A stretch of 64,000 nt of DNA. Source: an uncultured Puniceicoccaceae bacterium. Lineage in GTDB: Bacteria; Verrucomicrobiota; Verrucomicrobiia; Opitutales; Coraliomargaritaceae. The DNA is taken from positions 1,482 to 65,481 of the forward strand of contig CAJWEH010000001.1 of NCBI GenBank assembly GCA_913031135.1, written 5' to 3'. This document shows, in pieces, positions 47,962 to 59,387 of this stretch (position 1 is its first letter; the number at the start of each line of letters is the position of its first letter). The position numbers and the translations under genes were made by a program. The notes under the pieces are model-generated. The model was not told where the DNA came from. It searched no databases and saw nothing but the letters and a program-made list of their open reading frames with translations.

Positions 47962-48945
47962 ATGGTGGGTCATATACGCAGTTATGGATTTATATACGGA
48001 TTAATTTTCGTAATTGCACTGGCTTATTTCGTAGCGAATGTGGCTGTTGATGGACTCTCTATTTTGAATGGGTTGAAATGGCCGATGATCGCAATCATCT
48101 TCTTTTTTCAAGGCGTATCGTTGGATGAAAAGTCGTTAAAAAATTGTTTGGGAGTATCAGGCTTACCAATTTTTGTCTTAGTGTGTAATTTCATTGTATT
48201 TCCGTTTTTGGTGTTAGTCTCGGTCATCCCGTTTGTTTCTGATTTGCTTGGATTGGGTTTTTTCTTACTGTCTATTGTTCCAACAACCATTGCTTTATCG
48301 GTTGCGTATACCGATTTATCAAAAGGTCGTGTTGAAGTCGCTTTAATGGCAACGCTATCCTCGAATTTATTGGGCACGATATTGGTCCCACTGTTCTTTC
48401 TTATTTTCATGGGTGAAGCTTTGGAGTGGGGATCTTCACTTGGCAGTCTGTTGCTCACGTTTGCTTGGCTCTTAGTCTTACCACTAATGCTTGGTTATGG
48501 GACACGCCGATGGTTTGTTTCTTTGAGTCAACCGCTCTTGCGTATTAAAAAAGTTACGGTAGAAATTCTTTTGCTCGGTATTATCTACCAGTCCTTTTTA
48601 GCCTGCTTTTCAAATGAGTTTGATTCTGACTTCATGTATAATGACTTCTTGTTCGTCGCCTTAGTGTCACTGCTGCTTTTTTTGTGTGTTTCATTATTAG
48701 TTTGGTGGAGTAGCAGGTTCGTTTGTATGGATCGAGGTTCTAAGATTGCCGTCTTTTTTGGGGGTAGTCAGAAATCGGTTTGTTCAGGAATCCCATTAAT
48801 TGTGCTTACGCTCGAGTTGTTACCGAGTTCTTATAATGAGGGGATTTTACTCCTTCCGCTCATAGTCTATTATTTTTACCAGACCGTTTTGGGTGGAATT
48901 TTAATTCATCGATTCAATCCTAGTGTTCAAATAAAGAGAGCTTGA
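47962..48945 (+). CDS. Bile acid:sodium symporter (BASS/SBF-like, YfeH-type) family transporter
   Basis: About 10 TM helices, with PTTIALSVAYT and SSNLLGTILVPL blocks. ATG at 47962 preferred over the TTG at 47920. Confidence 0.65.
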   Translation: MVGHIRSYGFIYGLIFVIALAYFVANVAVDGLSILNGLKWPMIAIIFFFQGVSLDEKSLKNCLGVSGLPIFVLVCNFIVFPFLVLVSVIPFVSDLLGLGFFLLSIVPTTIALSVAYTDLSKGRVEVALMATLSSNLLGTILVPLFFLIFMGEALEWGSSLGSLLLTFAWLLVLPLMLGYGTRRWFVSLSQPLLRIKKVTVEILLLGIIYQSFLACFSNEFDSDFMYNDFLFVALVSLLLFLCVSLLVWWSSRFVCMDRGSKIAVFFGGSQKSVCSGIPLIVLTLELLPSSYNEGILLLPLIVYYFYQTVLGGILIHRFNPSVQIKRA

Positions 48946-49591
48946 TATCGGCTTTGCTAAGTAGGGTAATCGCCTCATTGGCGTTTCTTAAAAAATCACA
49001 TAAGCCTTTGGGTATCAGCGGTTGCAGGTGTAAGTATTCAGGCTGGATGGTGATCTGTAGGTTGATGGTTTGAAATTTTAGAGTGCAATAAGAAGCATCT
49101 GAAGGATACTCTAAAGCACTGCTCAACTCATCGATCGTCTCAATGGCATCAATTTTGTCTTCAATGGAAATTACCTCTGCAGAGGCGAGTGTGATCTCCT
49201 TACAGTAGGGGTCGAAAATTTGTGTCAATGTTGGATCAGCCTCAAGAGGATCGATCTTAAATGCATTGATTTCTGTTGTTTGTAGGTATTCCTTGGGATT
49301 TGTTCGGTTTAAGGCTATCAATACCGTGAAGTCTACTTGGGGTGTCTGAACACATACCGTTCCAAGGCTGCGACTGTAGGTATACGCTTTGCGTTTTAAT
49401 TGATAATGTGTGCGTAACTGATCTAATAAGAAGCTTGCGTGTGATTCAATCGCTTCAGAACCAATCTTTCCGACAAAAGCATTCGTGCTGTCGTGGTAGG
49501 TTTGTGGAACTTGATGTTTTGTTTTATCAAATAAACTTAATTTTCGCACTAAGCCTTTCTGGATTCCATAGAGTGTGGTTTTTGAAGTCAT
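48920..49591 (-). CDS. Hypothetical protein, no recognisable domain
   Basis: 223-aa ORF, soluble-looking. Convergent 26-nt overlap with the transporter gene. Confidence 0.4.
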   Translation of the reverse strand: MTSKTTLYGIQKGLVRKLSLFDKTKHQVPQTYHDSTNAFVGKIGSEAIESHASFLLDQLRTHYQLKRKAYTYSRSLGTVCVQTPQVDFTVLIALNRTNPKEYLQTTEINAFKIDPLEADPTLTQIFDPYCKEITLASAEVISIEDKIDAIETIDELSSALEYPSDASYCTLKFQTINLQITIQPEYLHLQPLIPKGLCDFLRNANEAITLLSKADIKLSLFEH

Positions 49592-49656
49592 TTAGTGTTA
49601 AGAAAAATAGAAGTGATAGCTTGAAATCATTATCTAGATAATAAAGATTAAAAAGT

Positions 49657-50061
49657 ATGAAGAGTTATTTTTTATATGATGGAGCTTGCGGGATGTGTCA
49701 CTCGTCCGTGCAATTTTTTATGAAATTTTCTAAGTCGAAGTCATTCTTGTTTAGTTCGCTCGATTCATCCTTTACTCAAGACTTATTGCTCAAGCATAGT
49801 ATCAGCTATGATCAAGCCTTGGAAAGTGCCATTTATATCAGAGAAGGGGTTGTCCACCAGAAAAGCTCTGCAGTTTTATGGGCTTTGTCTGATTGTGTTT
49901 TTCCTTTCAACTTAGCTAAAGTGTTTTTGATCCTTCCTAAAGGAACTCGAGACTTTTTCTATGGTCTAGTCGCTAAACGTAGACATTCTATTTCAAAAGG
50001 GCTCAATATTAAGTGTGAATTGCCGAGTTCATTGGATCGGTCTCGCATCATTAATGAATAA
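49657..50061 (+). CDS. DCC-family thiol-disulfide oxidoreductase (DUF393)
   Basis: N-terminal YDGACGMCHSSVQF (DG-x-C-x-x-C) and about 130 aa. Confidence 0.7.
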   Translation: MKSYFLYDGACGMCHSSVQFFMKFSKSKSFLFSSLDSSFTQDLLLKHSISYDQALESAIYIREGVVHQKSSAVLWALSDCVFPFNLAKVFLILPKGTRDFFYGLVAKRRHSISKGLNIKCELPSSLDRSRIINE

Positions 50062-50121
50062 AAAGTGCATTTTTTTCTTTACCTTAGTGTACTTGAAAGC
50101 CATTTTCCTCGATTCTAAACC

Positions 50122-50313
50122 ATGCAAAAAACTAAAAAATCAATCGCAAAGCGTTTCAAAAAGACTGGAACTGGTAAGTTACTAAGACGTACACCAGGTC
50201 ACCGTCATTTGCTTCGTAAAAAGAGCGTCAAGCAACGCCGAAGAGCCGGTGCCAGTAAGCTTGTCGCAGATGGTCAGCGAGCTAACTTAATTCGCGGACT
50301 ACCTTTTGCGTAA
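50122..50313 (+). CDS. rpmI: 50S ribosomal protein L35
   Basis: 63 aa and highly basic: KTKKSIAKRFKKTGTGKLLRR...HRHLL. Confidence 0.95.
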   Translation: MQKTKKSIAKRFKKTGTGKLLRRTPGHRHLLRKKSVKQRRRAGASKLVADGQRANLIRGLPFA

Positions 50314-50393
50314 ACGCAATCAACTATAACTCGATTCGTTGGGTAACATGCAAATGGGCGACCTAACAATCACTAAACCAGAGAACAAATAAC

Positions 50394-50759
50394 ATGCCTA
50401 GAGTAAAAAATGGACCAGCGACTTTAAAGCGTCGCAAGAAAGTATTGAAGAAAGCTAAAGGCTACTTCGGTAATAAATCCCGTCTTTTCCGTTATGCAAA
50501 AGACGCAGTTGAACGCGCCGGTAAATATGCTTACCGTGATCGCAGGAAAAAGAAGACGGAATTTCGTCAATTATGGATCGTTCGTATCAACGCAATTTGT
50601 CGTGAAAATGGCATTAATTACAGCCGTTTTATGCACGGTCTGAAAGCGGTTGGTATCGAGATGGATCGCAAGCAACTATCCGAGTTGGCAATTCATGATG
50701 AAGCAGCATTCCTTCAATTGATTAAAAAAGCAAAAGAGGCGAATCAATCTGTCGCTTAA
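50394..50759 (+). CDS. rplT: 50S ribosomal protein L20
   Basis: MPRVKNG...[14 protein letters not shown]...YAYRDRR. Confidence 0.95.
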   Translation: MPRVKNGPATLKRRKKVLKKAKGYFGNKSRLFRYAKDAVERAGKYAYRDRRKKKTEFRQLWIVRINAICRENGINYSRFMHGLKAVGIEMDRKQLSELAIHDEAAFLQLIKKAKEANQSVA

Positions 50760-50783
50760 ATTATTTAAATTTCATTAAAACAC

Positions 50784-50821
50784 AAAAAAGCCACTCCCAA
50801 TGACAGGAGTGGCTTTTTTTT
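50784..50821. terminator. Bidirectional intrinsic terminator between rplT and eno
   Basis: 8-bp stem GCCACTCC (50790-50797) / GGAGTGGC (50806-50813) with an 8-nt loop. It is flanked by A6 on the left and T8 on the right. Confidence 0.7.
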
Positions 50822-50843
50822 AATTAAATTTCTTAGTGAGAAT

Positions 50844-52166
<1,323 letters not shown>

Positions 52167-52254
52167 TTATAACTGTCTGAAGATGCTTCGTATTCTGTCA
52201 ATCATTCAACTTGTCTCAGCAAAGATTTTACAGAAATGTTTAATTTAAATTATG

Positions 52255-52914
52255 TTATTGGAATTGGCTGACCCTGAATGACCAAGATCCAGCGTTCTCT
52301 AAAGATTGAATAAGATCAGCTAAATTCTTTGCTTTTTCAGTGTCACCATTAGCACTGGCAATAGAAGCAAGGGCATAAGCTGCTTCTGCAATGGATGATT
52401 CTAATTGGCTTTCGTCCTCAAGGATCGATTCAAGGCGTTGGATGCCCTCTTCGGGATTGATTTGAAGCATAGAAAAAGCAGCGCCGAGTGTGGCACGACT
52501 TTTCAGTGAAGCCTTACTTAGTGCCTGTTCTGCTTTAAGAAAAAGTCTAAAAGCGGATTCATAGTCAGCAATCTCAAAGGCGCTGTTTGCTTGCTTTAAT
52601 GCGGCAAATCCTGCCAGTAGGGTTTCGCTGTTTTCATCGATAAATGCTTCTGTAGTGCCATTTTCTTGAGCAGATTGATAAGCTTCTTGTAGTTTCTGAA
52701 TCGCTTTCTCCTTGGATATTTTCATTCCTTGGATAACCAAAATACCGAGCGCTGCGATAACGATGACGGCAATTAAAGAGCTTTTATTTTGCTGCCAATA
52801 GTTGTGTGCTCTATCTTCAAAGGGCAGATCGAGTTCGGACTTAAGTGAATCAGAATCAGTAGCATCCTTGGAAGGAGTACCGAATGGGTTTTTGTTTTTG
52901 GGTTCTCTGTGCAT
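52255..52914 (-). CDS. Single-pass membrane protein with TPR-like helical domain (YfgM-like)
   Basis: One TM helix (LIAVIVIAALGILVI) followed by an Ala/Leu-rich helical repeat region. The call rests on architecture only. Confidence 0.45.
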   Translation of the reverse strand: MHREPKNKNPFGTPSKDATDSDSLKSELDLPFEDRAHNYWQQNKSSLIAVIVIAALGILVIQGMKISKEKAIQKLQEAYQSAQENGTTEAFIDENSETLLAGFAALKQANSAFEIADYESAFRLFLKAEQALSKASLKSRATLGAAFSMLQINPEEGIQRLESILEDESQLESSIAEAAYALASIASANGDTEKAKNLADLIQSLENAGSWSFRVSQFQ

Positions 52915-52932
52915 AAAAAGTAAGCGTAACTA

Positions 52933-53784
52933 TTAATCAAATACTACAGTTTTGTTGTTATAGACAAGTATTCTATTGTTTAAATGTAAACGAACGGCAT
53001 GTGCAAACACTGATTTCTCTAGGTCTTTACCTTTACGGATTAAATCAGAAATGGTGTTCCTATGATTGATTCGGGTCACATCTTGATAGATAATAGGTCC
53101 TTCATCGAGGTCTGCAGTCGCATAGTGTGCCGTTGCACCGATGATTTTCACGCCTCTCGTATAGGCTTGGTGGTACGGTTTCCCTCCAGCAAAAGCCGGT
53201 AAAAAAGAGTGGTGGATGTTAATGATGGGAACGTGAATGCCTTTTAAAAAGTCTGAAGAGAGAATTTGCATATAACGTGCAAGGACAACTAATTCAATCG
53301 AGTGCTCTTTTAAAATGGCAGTTTGTTGAGCTTCAACTCTTTGTTTATCCGATCCTTCGAAAGGAGTGTGATAAAAAGGGATTCCATAGAGGGCTGCAGC
53401 TGACTCTAAATCGTTATGGTTTGATACAATGCACCCTATGGTGCCATTGAGCTCATTGGCTTTAAAGCGTAATATTATGTCGTGAAAACAGTGGTCGATT
53501 TTTGAGACAAAGAGTGCCACCTTTGGCTTCTTGGAACTCAAGGCAACTTCAGCCTGCATTTTTAATTCGTTTTGAGCGAATGCTTTGAACGCATCTGCTT
53601 CGTCTTGAATCGGTCCAGAGGGAACCCATTCCACTCTTTGAAAAAAGATATTTGCCTGAGGGTCTTTGTGTTGATCAGCATGGTCAATATTGCTGCCACG
53701 ATCGAAGATCCAAGAGGATACTTTAGAAACTAACCCTGGTTGGTCTGGACCATGTAATAAGGCTATGATGGTTTCTTTCTTCAC
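52933..53784 (-). CDS. purU: Formyltetrahydrofolate deformylase
   Basis: ACT-like N-domain (GPDQPGLVSKVS) and a formyltransferase core (INIHHSFLPAFAGGKPYHQA). Confidence 0.9.
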   Translation of the reverse strand: MKKETIIALLHGPDQPGLVSKVSSWIFDRGSNIDHADQHKDPQANIFFQRVEWVPSGPIQDEADAFKAFAQNELKMQAEVALSSKKPKVALFVSKIDHCFHDIILRFKANELNGTIGCIVSNHNDLESAAALYGIPFYHTPFEGSDKQRVEAQQTAILKEHSIELVVLARYMQILSSDFLKGIHVPIINIHHSFLPAFAGGKPYHQAYTRGVKIIGATAHYATADLDEGPIIYQDVTRINHRNTISDLIRKGKDLEKSVFAHAVRLHLNNRILVYNNKTVVFD

Positions 53785-53795
53785 TTCAATAGGGA

Positions 53796-56700
53796 TTAGT
53801 TGATCAGCTTGCTGTAGTCTTGAATCGAGCAGACTTCATAGCCTTTTTCGCGGATAGAACCGATTCCATCCACAGCTGCAGCGGCAGCAGAAATGGTCGT
53901 CATGATACAGACTTTGTGTTTAACTGCTTCGGTTCGAATCTGATTTTCATTTTGTCTAGGAATGGTGCCCTGTGGCGTGTTAATGATCAAGCTAACCTGA
54001 TTGTTTTTGATTAAATCTATAACATTAGGACGACCTTCAGAAAGGCGACAAACCTGCTTTACCTCGATTCCATGAGATTTCAAAAGAGCACTCGTGCCTG
54101 CGGTCGAGATTATGCCAAAGCCTAATGTGCTCAATTTTTTGGCTATGGATACGGCTTTAGGTTTATCGGCATCTTTAACACTGATGAAAACATCCCCTTG
54201 ATCAGGAAGCGATGGAGATGCTGCCATTTGTGTTTTAGCAAAGGCAACACCTAAATCTGCATCTATACCCATAACTTCTCCTGTACTTCGCATTTCAGGG
54301 CTCAGCATAATCGGAGAACCAGGGAAGCGATTGAACGGAAATACCGATTCTTTAACCGCAAAGTAAGGTGGGTGAATTTCTTTAGTAAATTCAAGGTCGA
54401 CTAATTTTTCTCCAGCCATCACACGAGCTGCTAATTTAGCGAGCGAGACTCCGATTGCTTTCGATACAAAAGGAACGGTTCTCGAAGCTCTCGGATTTAC
54501 TTCAATGATGTACAGTTCATCGTCTTTGATCGCATATTGAACATTCATCAGTCCGACTACTTGAAGCTCTCTTGCCAGTGCGTGGGTTGCAGTGCGAACT
54601 CGCTCAATCATTGAATCCGATAAGGTGTGTGGAGGCATGACCATGGCAGCATCTCCTGAGTGCACCCCTGCAAATTCCACGTGCTGAAGCATTGCGCCGA
54701 TGACCGTTGTCTCTTGATCTGAAATGCAATCAACATCCAACTCATAGGCATCTTCTAAGAATTGATCAATCAAGACCGGTTTGCCCGGTGCAGCATCAAA
54801 CACTTCGGTGATGATTGCTCGCATCTCTTCGAGATTATAAACGATAAACATACCTCGACCACCCAAGACGAAAGACGGTCGTAAAAGAACAGGGAAACCA
54901 ATGGATTCAGCGCAGGCATAAGCTTCCTCTTTAGAATGGGCTATTTTATTTGGTGGCTGTTTCAGATCGACTTTTTCAAGAATCGTGCGGAATTGATCTC
55001 GGTCTTCAGCCGCATCAATCATAGCGGGGCTTGTTCCAATGATCTCAACCCCATTTTCTGCTAATTGTGTTGCAAGATTAAGGGGGGTTTGTCCGCCAAA
55101 TTGGACGATCACTCCAGAGCAACCTTCTTGATGATAAATCTCTAGAACATCTTCCAGTGTTAATGGCTCGAAATAAAGTTTGTCGGAGGTATCGTAGTCA
55201 GTTGAAACGGTTTCGGGGTTGGAATTAACCATGACTGTTTCGTAACCGGCATCATGTAGTGCTAAGGAAGCGTGCACACAGCAGTAGTCAAACTCAATGC
55301 CTTGACCGATTCGGTTTGGTCCTCCGCCTAAAATCATGATCTTCTTTTTATCACTCTTTTTGATTTCATTTTCTGTGCCATAAGAAGAGTAGTAGTAGGG
55401 TGTAAAGGCCTCAAATTCTGCGGCACAGGTATCGACGAGACGATACTGTGTTAGAATAGCTTGGCTCTTTCGTTTATCCGTTACTTCTTTCAGTGAACAG
55501 CCTAAGAGATCAGCGAGCAAGGCATCCGAAAAGCCGGCCTTTTTGCTTTGAAGCATTAAGTCTTTTGAAAGTGTTTCAAGTGATTCAGATGCGACGGCTA
55601 GCTCAATATCAACCAGCTCTTTCATTTGTTGGAGAAACCATCGGTCAATCTTACAGAGATCAAAGACAGCCTCGACATCGAGTCCGTTTAGAAATCCATG
55701 CCTGAGCCAAAAGATGCGTTCTGGGGTAGGCACAGAGATGCCATTTCGAACGCTTTGCATATCCTCAATCTTTGTATGAAACTTAGGTGGCCCCATAAAT
55801 CCTTTTGCGGAAATCTCCAATGAGCGTAATGCCTTTTGCATCGATTCTTTAAAAGTGCGCCCAATCGCCATTGCCTCACCTACGGATTTCATCGCTGAGG
55901 TGAGTGTGGGGTCAGAGCCAGGAAATTTTTCAAAAGTAAATCGAGGAATTTTAGTTACGACATAATCAATCGATGGTTCAAAACTGGCTGGAGTTTCTCG
56001 AGTGATATCGTTTTGTAATTCATCAAGGCTGTAGCCAATGGCTAATTTAGCAGCAATTTTTGCAATCGGAAACCCGGTTGCTTTCGAGGCTAAGGCTGAG
56101 CTTCGAGAGACACGAGGGTTCATTTCTATTACTACCATACGTCCATTCTCTGGATTGACTGAAAACTGAATATTGGATCCGCCTGTTTCAACACCCACTT
56201 CTCTAATACACGCAAATGACGCATCTCGCATGAGTTGGTACTCTTTATCAGTGAGTGTCATCGCTGGAGCGACAGTTATGGAATCGCCCGTATGGACTCC
56301 CATAGGATCAAAGTTTTCAATCGAACAAATAACGACGCATTGATCTTTATGGTCTCTCATAACCTCCATCTCATACTCTTTCCAACCGAGTAAGCACTCC
56401 TCAATCAAAACTTCGTGAGTAGGGGATATTTCGAGTCCGTTTTGAACCATGCTTTCTAACTCTTCACGGTTGTAAGCGATCCCGCCGCCAGAGCCCCCTA
56501 AGGTAAAGCTAGGGCGAATGATGATGGGGAATTCTCCAATTAATTTATCTGCCGCTTCTAAGGCTGCTTCCAAAGTGTTGACTGTTGCGGAACGGGCCAC
56601 ATCCATACCGATCTTCAGCATCGCTTGCTTGAATACTTCTCTGGCTTCGCCTTTTTCAATCGCTTCGGGTTTTGCGCCTATCATCTCGACATTATTTGCC

Positions 56701-57026
56701 TTTAAGATGCCTGCTTTATCTAAGTCCATTGATAGGTTTAAAGCAGTTTGACCGCCTAGGGTCGGAAGGAGAGCATCTGGCTTCTCTTTTTTAATGATTT
56801 TTTCGACTGCCGAGACCGTTAAGGGTTCTATGTAGGTAACATCTGCGTATTCGGGGTCGGTCATAATGGTCGCAGGATTACTATTTACTAAGACGACCCT
56901 GTACCCTTCTTCTCTGAGTGCTTTGCAGGCTTGCGTTCCTGAGTAGTCAAATTCGCAAGCTTGCCCTATGACAATAGGACCTGAACCTATAATTAATATT
57001 GTATTTAAATCAGTGCGTTTCGGCAT
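53796..57026 (-). CDS. carB: Carbamoyl-phosphate synthase large subunit
   Basis: [30 protein letters not shown] start (track extension to 57065 trimmed), duplicated ATP-grasp halves and an MGS-like C-terminus. No carA is adjacent. Confidence 0.95.
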   Translation of the reverse strand: MPKRTDLNTILIIGSGPIVIGQACEFDYSGTQACKALREEGYRVVLVNSNPATIMTDPEYADVTYIEPLTVSAVEKIIKKEKPDALLPTLGGQTALNLSMDLDKAGILKANNVEMIGAKPEAIEKGEAREVFKQAMLKIGMDVARSATVNTLEAALEAADKLIGEFPIIIRPSFTLGGSGGGIAYNREELESMVQNGLEISPTHEVLIEECLLGWKEYEMEVMRDHKDQCVVICSIENFDPMGVHTGDSITVAPAMTLTDKEYQLMRDASFACIREVGVETGGSNIQFSVNPENGRMVVIEMNPRVSRSSALASKATGFPIAKIAAKLAIGYSLDELQNDITRETPASFEPSIDYVVTKIPRFTFEKFPGSDPTLTSAMKSVGEAMAIGRTFKESMQKALRSLEISAKGFMGPPKFHTKIEDMQSVRNGISVPTPERIFWLRHGFLNGLDVEAVFDLCKIDRWFLQQMKELVDIELAVASESLETLSKDLMLQSKKAGFSDALLADLLGCSLKEVTDKRKSQAILTQYRLVDTCAAEFEAFTPYYYSSYGTENEIKKSDKKKIMILGGGPNRIGQGIEFDYCCVHASLALHDAGYETVMVNSNPETVSTDYDTSDKLYFEPLTLEDVLEIYHQEGCSGVIVQFGGQTPLNLATQLAENGVEIIGTSPAMIDAAEDRDQFRTILEKVDLKQPPNKIAHSKEEAYACAESIGFPVLLRPSFVLGGRGMFIVYNLEEMRAIITEVFDAAPGKPVLIDQFLEDAYELDVDCISDQETTVIGAMLQHVEFAGVHSGDAAMVMPPHTLSDSMIERVRTATHALARELQVVGLMNVQYAIKDDELYIIEVNPRASRTVPFVSKAIGVSLAKLAARVMAGEKLVDLEFTKEIHPPYFAVKESVFPFNRFPGSPIMLSPEMRSTGEVMGIDADLGVAFAKTQMAASPSLPDQGDVFISVKDADKPKAVSIAKKLSTLGFGIISTAGTSALLKSHGIEVKQVCRLSEGRPNVIDLIKNNQVSLIINTPQGTIPRQNENQIRTEAVKHKVCIMTTISAAAAAVDGIGSIREKGYEVCSIQDYSKLIN

Positions 57027-57135
57027 AAATTTTTTAAATCGTGAAATTTTTAAACTATCCTGCAAGCAATTAACACATAAAATATAAAAATATTTTGTAG
57101 GAGGTCTTCATTTCGGGTGATTTTAGTTTGAGCTG

Positions 57136-57723
57136 ATGCTTATTTTTAATCAATTTGTGACTATGCTTTCATATTTTCAAATCTTTTATAAACCATCCAC
57201 ATGTACTTTAAACGCTATTAAAAATGAGAAAGCACACGCTTTTTCCTTATTGGTGGTATTTTTGTTTAGTGCGATACAATCCTTGCCGTATTGGATGTCC
57301 CAAATGATGGAATCTGAAACCATGCCAGCAGATAACACAATTCCATTTAAGGTCTTGGCGGGCGGTGTTATTGGAATGGGTATTTTTTATCTTTTTTCTT
57401 TTTTTCTGAGAAATTTTGGCAGGTGGTTTGGTGCTCAAGCAAGTTTACAAGAGATTCGTACCGGCTTAGGAATTAGTTTAATTCCCTGGACGGTGTTGTT
57501 CTCACTTTTTTTCTTGGCATTAGGTGCGCTGGGACCGAAGGCAGTTATGCAACAATTTCCGCTCTTTTTTCTAGGATTTATTTATGGCTTTACGATCATA
57601 CTGATTGCCATGAGCAAGGTTTTTAATGTCAGTGCTTTCAAGACGTTTTTAATCTTACTGTTCACCTTTTTTGTTACGCTTTGGCCGATTAACCAAGTCT
57701 TTAAAATGCTACTTTCGTTTTAA
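57136..57723 (+). CDS. Polytopic membrane protein, possibly Yip1-like
   Basis: 195 aa with about 5 TM helices. The Yip1 assignment is based only on topology and a weak pattern match. Confidence 0.35.
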   Translation: MLIFNQFVTMLSYFQIFYKPSTCTLNAIKNEKAHAFSLLVVFLFSAIQSLPYWMSQMMESETMPADNTIPFKVLAGGVIGMGIFYLFSFFLRNFGRWFGAQASLQEIRTGLGISLIPWTVLFSLFFLALGALGPKAVMQQFPLFFLGFIYGFTIILIAMSKVFNVSAFKTFLILLFTFFVTLWPINQVFKMLLSF

Positions 57724-57728
57724 TACGT

Positions 57729-59387
57729 ATGTTACAGTATTTAAAGATCCAAAATCTAGCCCTACTTCAGTCGGTCACTTTGGAATTTGACGCGGGCTTT
57801 ACCTCTGTGACGGGTGAAACGGGTGCGGGGAAGAGTGTGTTGCTCGGCGCATTAAATTTGTTGTCAGGGGCACGATCAAATAAGGAAATGATTCGTCAAG
57901 GTTCGGATAAGCTTGAAATTGAGGCGTGTTTGTTTTTTCTGAATTCCGATTCGATGAATGGTCTTTTAGATACTTTAGGTCTGCCACTTTGCGATGATGG
58001 TTCATTGATTTTATATCGTAGTTTAGACCAATCCAAGCAGTCTAGGATTCGTATTAATGGAAATCTAGCTACACTGGCTCAGTTGAAGACTCTGGGCGAG
58101 CATTGGATTGATTTCCATGGTCCTGGTGAGCCGCAAAAGCTGTTTAAGGAGCGCTGTCAGCTAGAATTATTGGATGCCTTTGCTCAGAATGAGGGCGTTT
58201 ATGGTGATTATTTGAAGGTTTATAAGGAATGGATGGCATTAAAGAAGGAAATTTCTGATTTATCGAATGCAGAACGCTTAGATTCCGATGAGATCACATT
58301 CATTCAAAATGAACTAAAAAAAATGGAACGAATCGATTTAACTGAGGAAGCGATTGAGGGATTGGAATCGGATTATCTCAAGATCACTCAAGCACAGGAG
58401 TTGCGTGAAGTCTTACAGGCAAGCACAGACCTATTGTCGAGCGAATCAGGAATCATCGATCAACTAAATGCTTTGGTTTTAAAAATGTCGGCTCTGAATG
58501 AATTCAATCCTTCCTATTCTGAATTTTTAGATCGAGCGCAGAGTCTTCAAATTGAGTCGGATGACTTGAGTGGAGCACTGGATCAATTGAATGGCGATTT
58601 TGATTTTGAGCCAGAAGCGATTGAACTCATCCTCGAGCAAATGAATACTTGGCAGGAGATTAAGCGCAAGTATGGAGGCAGTCTTGAGGCGGTTATTTCG
58701 CAGAAAGAAGCGCTTGAAAGGAAATTGTACAGCCAGGGAGATATTGATGCGGCACTTGAAAAACTAGAATCAGAATCAAAACTATTAGAAGCGTCACTGA
58801 ATTCTGTGGCAGATACGCTTTATCAGAAACGATTAAAGGCGGCTCAATTATTATCCAAAGAAGCGTCTAGTTTATTGACATCTCTGGGCTTCAAAAAAGC
58901 AACGTTATCGATTGAACTCAATTTAACTGATGGTTTTACAGAAGAGGGTGGTAGTCGTTGCCGTTTTCTGTTTGCTCCAAATCTGGGTCAGGACTCATTG
59001 GAACTCAATAAAATCGCATCCAGTGGTGAAACGGCTCGTGTGATGTTGGCACTTAAAACAGTTTTAGCGGATGTTGATCAGACTCCACTTTTGGTATTTG
59101 ATGAGGTCGATGCGAATGTGGGTGGTGAGGTTGGTCGTTCTGTCGGTACTGAAATGGCACGCATTGCTGAGAGCCATCAAGTTTTTTGCGTGACTCATTT
59201 ACCTCAGGTCGCTTCCTTATCTAAACAACAGTTGCTTGTCGAAAAAGTACAAAAGCAATCGGAAACGAGTGTTTCTATAGAACCGATTCATGGGGATGAA
59301 GAGAGACGAATTGCTGAACTAGCACGAATGCTAGGAGACCGAAATTCGAAGTCAGCCTTAACGCACGCAAGGGAATTACTCGCTTGA
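57729..59387 (+). CDS. recN: DNA repair protein RecN
   Basis: N-terminal Walker A (GETGAGKS), a long coiled coil, and the C-terminal SGGE signature and Walker B (LLVFDEVDANVGG). Confidence 0.9.
   Translation: MLQYLKIQNLALLQSVTLEFDAGFTSVTGETGAGKSVLLGALNLLSGARSNKEMIRQGSDKLEIEACLFFLNSDSMNGLLDTLGLPLCDDGSLILYRSLDQSKQSRIRINGNLATLAQLKTLGEHWIDFHGPGEPQKLFKERCQLELLDAFAQNEGVYGDYLKVYKEWMALKKEISDLSNAERLDSDEITFIQNELKKMERIDLTEEAIEGLESDYLKITQAQELREVLQASTDLLSSESGIIDQLNALVLKMSALNEFNPSYSEFLDRAQSLQIESDDLSGALDQLNGDFDFEPEAIELILEQMNTWQEIKRKYGGSLEAVISQKEALERKLYSQGDIDAALEKLESESKLLEASLNSVADTLYQKRLKAAQLLSKEASSLLTSLGFKKATLSIELNLTDGFTEEGGSRCRFLFAPNLGQDSLELNKIASSGETARVMLALKTVLADVDQTPLLVFDEVDANVGGEVGRSVGTEMARIAESHQVFCVTHLPQVASLSKQQLLVEKVQKQSETSVSIEPIHGDEERRIAELARMLGDRNSKSALTHARELLA

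Noticed and set aside
50338-50367. 7-bp stem (GTTGGGT/ACCTAAC, one G-U pair) with a 16-nt loop between rpmI and rplT. Considered as an L20-binding mimic.
   Set aside because: The stem is weak, there is no covariation evidence, and it does not resemble the known L20 leader structures that I can verify by eye.
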